From Eledone cirrhosa (taxonomy: Eukaryota): 64,000 nt of DNA. A program made the translations under genes and the position numbers. This document shows, one piece after another, positions 14,302 through 25,384 of this stretch (position 1 is its first letter; the number at the start of each line of letters is the position of its first letter). The stretch covers positions 30,814,001 through 30,878,000 of the forward strand of contig OZ024743.1 in NCBI GenBank assembly GCA_964016885.1, written 5' to 3'. The notes below the pieces were generated by a model. That model ran no database searches and was not told where the DNA came from. It saw only the letters and a list, made by a program, of their open reading frames with translations.

Positions 14302-14672
14302 TATATATTGGTAAACGGAATAGAAAATGCTGACAAATTGTTCACAGTTGAAAAATGGTTTAATTAGGAATAAAAGAGTATTAGTGATTGTATGGGTTAG
14401 TATTTAGTTGTGGTTTTAAGTTTTTAAGTTTTTACCGGTTGCGCATTTCTAAATGCTTTTCAAAAATAATTTTGAGATAGAGTGTCCGTACACTCCGGAC
14501 ACTCTATCTCAAAATTATTTTTGAAAAGCATTTAGAAATGCGCAACCGGTAAAAACTTAAAAACTTAAAACCACAACTCAATACTAACCCATACAATCAC
14601 TAATACTCTTTTATTCCTAATTAAACCATTTTTCAACTGTGAACAATTTGTCAGCATTTTCTATTCCGTTTA

Positions 14673-14682
<10 letters not shown>
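14302..14682. repeat. Near-perfect ~187-bp fold-back of a PLE pseudo-LTR end
   Basis: Arms 14302-14488 and 14496-14682, 7-nt spacer, one mismatch seen; homologous to 32961-33130. Confidence 0.92.
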
Positions 14683-14727
<45 letters not shown>

Positions 14728-14769
14728 ACATATATATATATATATGTATACATATATATATATATATGT

Positions 14770-14843
<74 letters not shown>

Positions 14844-15876
14844 ACATATATAGGTAATCCAAATCTTAATCTAGTCGATTCACTGGAAATGCAATTATTT
14901 AGATTATGCCAAACTATATTATATAAAATATATAAATCTCTTTGAAAAATCCTTTATTTACAGTATGGAACAGTTCAAGAAGAATGTATCTATTATAATG
15001 TAGTACGCATCTATTCAAATAATTTCTTTATTTGTATGAAATAATCGCGTCCACCACACGGAAATAAGTAAGAAGAAATTGTAATCACACTGCACTTAAT
15101 ATAAACTAATTCATATGTTGGTGCTTACAATTATTATAATATCTATAAGCGGTAATATTATTACGATACAATTCAATAAATTGAATATTTTAAGCAAGAG
15201 GAGTTGGTATTGTTATTTGAAAGTAAATGGAATTTCGCACAAAAATCTATGATTTTTTCCTTAATAAATAAAATAGGAATTTCTAAAAACATAGATTAAT
15301 GTCGAATCAATACAAATCAATTTAATAATTGTCTTCTCTTGAATAATTATACATTTAGAACAGTGCAAATGTGAACGGACTTAAAATTAACAGCGCATAT
15401 ATGGTTTATATATTTCGTTATATGCATCCGAATGTACTCTATGAAAATGTCATTCATTTTCAACGGCTAAACAAATATTAAACAATAATTCAGATCTGTC
15501 ACATGAATAACATAATATAAGGAAACATCTATTTACAGTATATCAAAATACCCCATTCAGTATAATGTGACGCCTTATTCAGAGCTGCAGTGTTATATCA
15601 TGGATTTCACTTTTGCTTCCAGCCGTTACAAACGCTTATACTAATGGGCACAATGTCATTTTCAAATATGAAAGTTTAAATATTGACATAAGAACAAAAC
15701 CTCATGCAATGCATGAAGTATAAGAGAACTTGAAATGATTTCCTGTCATATTTATGGAATTTGAAAATAAAAGCTCTGTTACCTTGTCTAATACATAGCT
15801 CAAGCGAACAAGTAAAATTAAGGTTGGATCAAGTCAAATGCTACAAAATACAAACATACTGTTCGGCATAATTACC

Positions 15877-15941
<65 letters not shown>

Positions 15942-15942
15942 C

Positions 15943-15973
<31 letters not shown>

Positions 15974-16210
15974 AGTTTCACTCTTTCGTCGTTAAAATGA
16001 AATTTGTGGAGTCATTATGCAACTATTACTGTAGAAGCAGATTGCTGAATATTTTTCTATACATTTATAATTGAGTTTTGGATTTTACTATTCTACCTAT
16101 TTTTACTATTCACGCCTATTTTCATATTCCAACAATTCACGGAATACATATAAATCAATATGTTAGGAAGAACAGGCAAGGCCTGAATAGAAAAACCTAT
16201 TTAATTACAT

Positions 16211-16320
16211 ATTCTAACACGCGTTTTATCAGCGAGTTACGTCACATCTACGAGAGACGATATTAGTTGATCAAATCACACATTCGATTTATATTGTTAC
16301 TCAATGAATCCTCAGAGAAT
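16211..16320 (-). ncRNA. Decayed HHR with long stem II insert
   Basis: attct CUGAGGA ttcattgag...ctcgctgat AAAA cgcgtg UU agaat (GAAA mutated). Confidence 0.55.
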
Positions 16321-16348
16321 AAAAATAAAATAATTCTATTTTCTAGTG

Positions 16349-16570
16349 GTGGTGGTTTGGTTGCATCGGTAAAGCGTCGATCAACAAGCTTTATAGCATA
16401 GTGTTTTCCTCCTTTACTATCTGAGTTCAAATCCTGCCGTGGTTTGATTTTACTTTCATCCTCATGGGGTCGATAAAATAGAGTACTAGTAAAGCACTGC
16501 GGCCGATTTAATCAACTTTCCCCACTACGAAAAGTATTGGCCTTGTGCCTAAATCAGAAAAAAATAGTTA
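16349..16570 (+). mobile_element. SINE with 12-bp target-site duplication
   Basis: TSD tattttctagtg at 16337-16348 and 16571-16582; inserted in the PLE pseudo-LTR. Confidence 0.88.
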
Positions 16571-19109
16571 TATTTTCTAGTGATACCAGTATAGAAAGGA
16601 AAGAAGAAGTGAGAAGTTAGCGTATGGTCTTACAGCAGTGTATTACAAAAATAAGATATGTCATTGGCTGAGAGATAATTAATCTATTGCTCAACGGGGA
16701 CCATTTAAGATGTGGGAGTGTCTGTTGTGGGGAAAACGAAACGGCCCATAAATTCATTAGTGTCAACCTGACTGTTATAGATAAGGTTGAAACTGAAATG
16801 ACAGACTCGGTGCCATTCGTTTATGTAATAAAACCATCAATTTGAAAGAGATAAAATTAGATAAAAATAGAAGTAGAATAATAGGTTTTAATCATGGGTT
16901 AGTTAAGATTATATTTAGGAAACGTTTTAGGTATTTATGCTTACTGCTGAATATTCTATTCTTAATATTGTGGATGTGCGATTTACATATCTAAATATCC
17001 TATGTCATCGTGTGATATCGCACGGGTACCCGACAGGGTGGAACTAACCGCTTTTCTAGAGTCACAGTGCATATCGATTAAAATCCATATTTGTTCTGTC
17101 CTTTACGTTAGTATCAAAGGACTAGGTAGGCTGCGATATATATGCGCGCTTGCTATTCCTATTATTGGGTTATTGTAGTACAGTGGGTTGAGATGAAGAT
17201 GAAGTTGAGAACGAGTTATTGCTTCGAATTCAGGTTTGATTACTGTCATTGTGTTTTCAGAGGCACTTATTATTTAGTCATGCTATGTAACCCTCTAATT
17301 TCGTTGTAGTTGAGTATGGTAGTATTACCGCCTTACTGTTTAAAACTATGTATGGCGGATATTACTTATCTAGTATTTTGAAGAATATATAAGGTAATTT
17401 TGTCTTAATTAAGTTGTTGTCTGGGGGAGTATACCATACTTCGGTATCTTCCAGTTATTTTAGCTGCCATTCGTTATTTTAATCAATTCATTTTCCGAAT
17501 TGTAGTTCATAGGATGTGTTGGAGTATACGTGGTGTAATCGTCCCTGTTCCTGGGTATTTCAGAAATATATAATGATGGCGTTGAACAACATTCATATTA
17601 GCAATGAATTCTATTCCTTCCTCGTAACCAGCCTTTCGTAGCGCTGCATTGCAGTAATCCGCATGTCTATTCAATGTAACTATGGAGGTTGAAAGCCTGG
17701 AGATTCTAAGTGTTACATCCTCGGTGATGGAATTTATCATAAATTTAGATTCATTCGAGTAGCGGCTAATATATATTCGATTTTAATTAATTTTATGGTA
17801 AAGTTCATATAGATTAGTGTCGAGGTTAAGGGTAACATATAAGGAATTAGCTAGCGTATAATTATGGTTGAATGTTATTTTCAGGCCCATCCGTTCGGAG
17901 AAGAATGTCATAGCTTTCCGTCTCCCTTCTAACTTTCGACCATTACAATACTTAACTAATAGCATAGCATCATCTCTATATACTCCAGCTTGAAGGTCAA
18001 CAATTTCAAATGGGGGCCAAGCGTTAAAAAATCACCAAATACGTCTGAAACCTTTGCCGAGTCACTAGACAACCCTAACTATATCTAATTTATTATTTCA
18101 ATCCGTACGCGTCCAGGACTCGTTATCGAACATTATGACTGAACGTCTGGCAGTTATTAATATGTCAACTTCATCGTTTTTTAAGACGGAGTTCCGCATC
18201 TCAATTGCGAGAGCCTAGTCGAGCAGAACGGGTGGAATATATGTATAATAGTCGTCAATATCAAACTGCATAACCTTAAATGCTTTTTTTTATAATCTAT
18301 CTTAGTAAACCAGACAATAACCGTGTTTATATTGCCCCAAAATTTAATAGAAAATGAATGTTTTATTTGAATTAATATTCTATCTGATATATAGTTATTA
18401 ATACGACCTATAACTGATTTAGAGGGGCATATGTATCTAATAGATGGGTTGGATTGAAACTTGTTTCTAGGGTCCTAAAAAATTAAAGTTAGATATCTAC
18501 GATCAAATGGCTGCGTTAGTTAGGCCTAGATCATTTGCTATAGAGTTTCGTTGTTGATAACATTTATGGTTAATGTTTTAGTTATTTCGTATTTCTACTG
18601 TAGTTCCTTAAGTATAATTTTTATTGTAATTGTTTTTGCCCAGGGAGAAGATATTGCCAGTTTCGTCGACATTGACGAGTATTTCTTCAGAATTTCTAAG
18701 TCTGCTCATCATTGATTGGAGATTTTTTGTAAAATTTACAAGTGTGTTAGCGATTTTTATATCTAATGTTACTGACCATATCCATTAGATCAGATTCAAA
18801 TCCTTTTAGGTGTGGATTATGTGGTGGAATTCTGTGACGCCAACTTTACCATTTCAGCCTCCACTTTAACTATAACAGTTATGTTAACACTACAGAAATT
18901 AATGAATTGGTGGTCCGTTTATTTTTCGCTAAGAAGCCACTCCCATCACTTAAACGATACCCTTTATCTATAGATTAACTAAGACCCAACCAAGGATATA
19001 TGTCATGTATGTAGTATCTGAAATTGCTGGAGACCCATAGGCTATATTGTCACTTTTCGTTTACCCCATTTGTGATTGTATTACTAGAAAATCTAATTAT
19101 TGTATCATT

Positions 19110-19228
19110 ATTCTCTGAGAATTCACTGAGAAACGATGTAATACAAGTGAGTGATTGGAGCATTAATATCTCTAAACAGCTTTAGTAGACATATTGAGGA
19201 AACTTGGTGATGAAACACGTGTTAGAAT
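19110..19228 (+). ncRNA. Decayed HHR with long stem II insert
   Basis: attct CUGAGAA ttcactgag...cttggtgat GAAA cacgtg UU agaat (G8 mutated). Confidence 0.6.
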
Positions 19229-19351
19229 GTGTAATTAAATAAGTTTTTCTACTCCAGCGTTGCCCGTTTTTCCTATTTATTTACACACAAACTCACACAC
19301 ATACACACGCAAACACATAACACACATACACGCGCGCGCACACATACACAC

Positions 19352-19478
<127 letters not shown>

Positions 19479-19486
19479 AAGAGGGA

Positions 19487-19597
19487 TAGGAAAAGAGTCA
19501 GGACCCCGACGGCTAATCTCCGGCCGGTTCTACAGCTAGATCCGGATCTAACTATCGAAACTGAGGTCACCCGTCGGAGTCCTGACACTTTTCCTGT
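19487..19597. repeat. Imperfect ~110-bp palindrome (MITE-like)
   Basis: ggaaaagagtcaggaccccgacgg / ccgtcggagtcctgacacttttcc, centre tagatccggatcta. Confidence 0.7.
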
Positions 19598-19673
19598 TGC
19601 CGACACCACTACCCTAAGTATTGAGTACTCTGGTGCGCTATAGTCCACCAGGTATCTTACCATACCTTCTTTG

Positions 19674-19758
<85 letters not shown>

Positions 19759-20068
19759 CTTATGAAAATTAACAAAGCGATGAAAAGAGAACGGTCGGAA
19801 ACAATGCAAAACGAAAATATGTTTAATAGGAAAAACTTTAATATATTTTTTCAAAGTAACAATACAAACGTAAGACACAGAACTCCAGCTTCACCGGTCA
19901 TTGAGATTTAAATTAGCAGTGTCCACTGCTATTAAAGTTACTGCTGGTCTACCCAGGGTCCCAGTGTCTGACGCAAGTCAAACACTGTCTGGTGGAATAG
20001 GTGACGAAAGAAAAAAACAAAAATTTATAGGAATTATGCTACAAGTACACATATAAGTTCATGTAACA

Positions 20069-20135
<67 letters not shown>

Positions 20136-20180
20136 AAGTTAAATAAAAAGTCAAATGATTAAAATTTAGCTTCGTTTATT

Positions 20181-20235
20181 ACTGCTATATATATTTCAGT
20201 GACAGCCATCTTTGGCTGTGACCTCTTCAGGCAGT
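20181..20235 (-). ncRNA. Hammerhead ribozyme (type I, AUA site) in a solo 215-bp module between (TA)n tracts
   Basis: actgc CUGAAGA ggtc-acagcca-aaga-tggctgt-cact GAAA tatata UA gcagt. Confidence 0.85.
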
Positions 20236-20345
20236 TTGAATTAGTATGGTATAGACAAGTACATATGTTGTTGAGGTGTATAATATTGTCAATACTCTGA
20301 TATGCCCAGTTCCTGGTTGGGTTGTTATTTCATTGAGGAACTGGA

Positions 20346-20420
<75 letters not shown>

Positions 20421-20423
<3 letters not shown>

Positions 20424-23400
20424 CGTTTCTGAATTTGTTTAGCAAGATTCTTTATCTGAAATCGTGTGTAGAAACCGATATTGTTATACTTTGGGAGGGT
20501 CATGTTGTCAATAAGAAACACACGCACCACATGTTTCACTTCAATTTATTATAATAAATTTATAAATTTAGGAATTTATAATTTTTTGGTTGGTTGGTTG
20601 GTTCCACAACCAGATAGTTGTTTATATATTGTCAAAGTTCCTTCGTCACACATTATGTGACCTCTTCAGTGACTGGGGATTATTTTCTTTTTTTTGTGCT
20701 TCTCCTTTGTTCTGTCCTACGCCATTTTGTTTCTGTGTGTGTGTTGTGTGCTCAGTCTGCGCATGCGCCACATCCGGGTGTCTGTGTGTGTTTATATTTG
20801 TTTATTTATTTGTTTATTTACATGTTGCCGGTTGGTTGTTTGTTCTATGTGTGTGTGTGTTTTCATTTTGTCCTTAATTGTAAGTTGTGATGTTGCTGTT
20901 CCACTCATATTTTCTATTTAATTTTGGTTGTAATTCTTTTACGTTTATTGCCTCTGTGATTTGTCTAAACATTGCGTCTTTTCTGTGTGTAGATTCTATT
21001 TTTATTTCTATGTGCTCTAATTTACCCTTATGTTCTATTTTAGCATGTTGGTAGAGTACAGATGATTCTTTACTATCTTGAAGGTCTCGCCAGTGTTCAT
21101 TTATCCGTTCCCCTACACTACGAGCTGTCTCACCTATGTACACTATATTTTTTGTCTCTACATTGTCCTTCAGTACATCTTATGCTATACACGACATTTC
21201 TAGTTTTACAGTTAATATGGGGGCTTATTTTACAGGTTATACATTTCTTATCTATACATGATGGTCTTTGAAAAGGGTTTGTCTTGCTAATAAGTGTTTT
21301 TACGGAGGTACCTGGTCTTTCTACTATCTTAATATTGAGTTATGTTTATCTAGGGCCCTTCTAAATTTGTAAGCTAATTCACCTCTAGGGGTTGTATCGA
21401 TGAACATTACACTCTGGTATTTATTGCTATCATACCATGAGTTTATTCTATCAGCCTTGTTCTTAGTTCTTTCTATTCTATTCCAAAATTTGCTCCTATA
21501 CAAGGGACAGGTCCCATTTGTGTCATTATTTACCATTTTTTCCCATTTGGTTCTGGCTCCTCTATACACCCTGATTCTATCTCTCTGATTGTAACCAGAG
21601 AACTGCATACGGTTGATGAAGTGTTGTATCTGTCTCTCTAGTTCTTCGGGGTTTCACATGCGTGACACGTTTCTCATCACCCGTACCAAATCCGCAATCA
21701 GTATGTTGATTTTGGTATGGTCCGACACAGCCGAGTTTCGGTGGATTAGATGTTTGGAAGTCATGGGTTTGGCATAATGGGAATGGAGGATTTGTTTTTT
21801 GTTATTAATGGTATCTAACCAGAGCTCTGTGTCTAGTACAGGTAATCGATGGTTGGGGTGTTTACTTGGGTAGTCTATAGTAACTCTAATACTCTGGTGG
21901 ATGGAGTTAGCTATTTGCTGGATGCTTTCCATTGTGTTTTTCTCTAGTTCCTGACTGTTCTCTAGTGGGGGTGTCTTAACTACGATGTTTATATCGTCAA
22001 CGTAGCGGGAGTACATTATCAGGGTTAAGGGGTCTTCTAATTGTTCTTTAAGTTTATGTTTAAGTCTACTGTCCCACCATACCATGAATAAGTTAGCTAT
22101 GTCGCCTGCAATGCTAACACCAATGGCTGCTCCTTCCTCTTGGGCATATGTTTTTCCATTAAATTTGAACATATGTTCCTTAAGGGTTAGTTTTATGCTG
22201 GCCCCTACCGCATGTGCAATCATTTTCTTCAGTTCATCGTGGTTTTCGGGTGTCCGTATGGCTCTGGTCCACCCGTTCCATCTATCTGTGTGGGTTTTCT
22301 TGGCCATTGACGTAATGGTAGGTGGTCTGCCTCTTGCTGGTCTTGTAGGGCACAGGTTGCTAAGGTCATATGTGTCTAGGTAATTATTACTATAGGTAAG
22401 TTTAAGTAGGAGTCCCAGCTCACTGGTATCATTCCCACGGAACTCAACATTGCTCTCACTGATCATTTCTACGCATTTCTCCACAGCAAAATCCACGTCA
22501 ATAGATGGATACAGGGACACAACATCCATTACTACCTATTATGCAGTTTGTTAGGTCCCTAGATCGGTTACTCTCGCCAATTCAACTGAGGAGGTACTCG
22601 GTGCTGTCACATACATCTGGGGACATTTCAATGATGGGGCGTATGATCAGGGAGAGGAAGTAGGACAGTCTGTTTTTACTAGCAATGTTAGCCCCACAGA
22701 CTGGCCGTGTTGGTGGTCCCGTGACAGGGTCACTGCCCGTTTTATGGTCTTTTCGAAGCCCATACGTCATTATTCCAGGCCTGGAAGTTGTTGGCACTCC
22801 TTTTGTTGGGCTGCATTATATTCGTCCACATCACCATATGAGCATTGAGGGCTTTTTCTCTATCCTCATGCTCCTGTGGTGTTACCTCCCTTGTGTTAGT
22901 GATGTGGGGTTGCATTGCCTGGGTGTAGTTTGGCAGGCTGTCAACCGACATTCTGCCAGACTTGTTTGTTGGAAAGCATGCTATCTCTCCATTACGTGAG
23001 CGCTGCATGAGCTTACGCAAGCCATTTGCAGATTTTTCTCCCAGTTGCTGGGCCTCCATTCTATTATGCTTCTTTCCATACTGTTCTATAATATTTCTAA
23101 GTTCGGATTTAGCTATACTAAATTGTGCTTCTGTTTGTTCATCGACCTGCGACGACAATTGCGTGGGTTTGTTAAATGGTAAGGTCGTGGCGTGGTCTCG
23201 TTGCTGGTCAAACGACTTATCGGAGGGATTATAAAATGTAGAGTTCCAGGCTAATGCTTTATGTGTACTAGTGCTATTGTTATTGTTAGTCGTGTTGTTT
23301 CTATTTCTATTTCTATTTCTATTTCCACCAACAGCCTCATGGTTGTTTCTATGTCTCTCATAATTACTCCTGTCTCTTTCCACTGGCTCATTGTTATTAT

Positions 23401-23480
23401 GCAACCCCGAAGAACTAGAGAGACACATACAACACTTCATCCACCGTATGCAGTTCATGACCCTCCCAAAGTATAACAAT
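20421..23480 (-). mobile_element. Penelope-like element (RT plus GIY-YIG), frameshifted
   Basis: RT motifs DVVSLYPSI, QEEGAAIG, YSRYVDD, LPVLD (21654-22529); GIY-YIG YIGETARSVGERINEH (20874-21143); pseudo-LTR 20421-20870; (TA)n flanks. Confidence 0.93.
20631..20673 (-). ncRNA. HHR motif in PLE pseudo-LTR (A15.1 to G)
   Basis: gtca CUGAAGA g-gtcaca-taatg-tgtgac GAAG gaac UU tgac. Confidence 0.65.
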
Positions 23481-23493
23481 ATATATATATATG

Positions 23494-23935
<442 letters not shown>

Positions 23936-24195
23936 TATATGTACATATATATATGTGTGCAAGTATGTATACATATATACATACTACTGTACGTCTGTAT
24001 ACATATATATATGTACGTATACATAGTTACATTTAAGTATCAGCCGTACTAAGAGTAAGAAATGAAATTTCATTTCATTCTTTCCCATTTATCGTTTTCG
24101 GTACGCCCGGCCGACTAACTCACTTGATACACAAATTAAGCTGTCCAGCGGTTAATATGCATAAGGAAAGTATATACTTTCAAAGGTTCAACCCT

Positions 24196-24264
24196 CTGAC
24201 AGGAAGGTATACGATGCTGACGATAGCTAATAAGCTTGAAACTAGTTCATCGTTCCTTTGTCAG
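24196..24264 (+). ncRNA. Hammerhead ribozyme (type I, extended stem I)
   Basis: ctgacaggaagg-tat-acgatg CUGACGA t-agct-aata-agct-t GAAA ctag UU catcgt-tcctttgtcag. Confidence 0.9.
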
Positions 24265-25070
24265 TGTTGAACAAAAGGGCAACGATGGTTGCTAAACACT
24301 GTACTGTCATCAGCACTGTATACCTACCTGTCAGTTGATTGAACGTTTGAAAGTATATACTTTCCTTATGCATATTATCGGCTGAGCAGCCTAATTTGCA
24401 TATCGAGTGAGTTAATCGGCCGGGCGCACCAGAAACGATAAATGGAAAAAATGAAACGAAATTTCATTTCTCAATCTTAGTACGGCTGTTACTTAAATAT
24501 AAGTATGTATACGTACATACATATATGTATTCAGACGTACAGTTGTATGTATTAACTCACTCGATATGCAAATTAGGCTAATCAGACGTTAATATCCATA
24601 AGGAAAGTATATCCTTTCAGACGTTCAATCATCTGGCGGGAGGGCATACGTTGCTAAAGATAGCTAATAAGGTTGAAACTATTACATCGTTCCTTTGTCA
24701 GTGTTGAACAAAAGGGCAACGATGGTTGCTAAACACTGTATGGCTTAATTCGGGATGTTTATTTACAAACCGAGCATTATAATAAATGTTCGGTAAATCT
24801 ATACGTACATATATTTATGTGTGCATGTATGTATATATATACATACTACTGTACGTCTGTATACATATATGTATGTACGTATACATACTTATATTTAAGT
24901 AACAGCCATATTAAGAGTGAGAAATGAAATTTCGTTTCATTTTTCCATTTATCGTTTTCGGTGCGCCCGGCCGATTAACTCACACAATATTCAAATTAGG
25001 CGGCTCAGCCCTTAACATGCATAAGGAAAGAATATACTTTCAGACGTTCAATCATCTGGCAGGAAGGTAT

Positions 25071-25113
25071 ACGGTGCTGACGATAGCTAATAAGCTTGAA
25101 ACTAGTACTTCGT
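25071..25113 (+). ncRNA. Hammerhead ribozyme, tandem copy (GUA site)
   Basis: acggtg CUGACGA tagctaataagctt GAAA ctag UA cttcgt. Confidence 0.8.
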
Positions 25114-25384
25114 TCCTTTGTCAGTGTTGAACAAAAGGGAAACGATGGTTGCTAAACACTGTACGGCTTAATTCGGGCTGTTTGTTTACAAACAAACCGA
25201 GCATTATAATAAATGTTCGGTGAATCCATACGTACATATATTTATGTGTGTATGTATGTATATATATACATACTACTGTACGTCTGTATACATATATGTA
25301 TGTACGTATACATACTTATATTTAAGTAACAGCCGTACTAAGGGTGAGAAATGAAATTTCGTTTCATGTTTTCCATTTATATAT

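Larger units (their letters stand above)
16180..19255 (-). mobile_element. Heavily decayed PLE with inverted pseudo-LTRs
   Basis: RT remnants at 17500-18850 (e.g. VTLNLDTNLYELYHK, RISRLS) resemble the 42327 element. 16190-16348 and 19085-19250 are inverted homologues, each with an HHR. Confidence 0.8.
23940..25380 (+). mobile_element. Retrozyme-like array of ~425-bp HHR monomers with an internal inverted segment
   Basis: Plus-strand units at 23940-24303 and 24551-25380 (period 423-427); inverted partial unit at 24304-24550; HHRs at 24211, 24648 (decayed) and 25071; no credible ORF. Confidence 0.85.
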
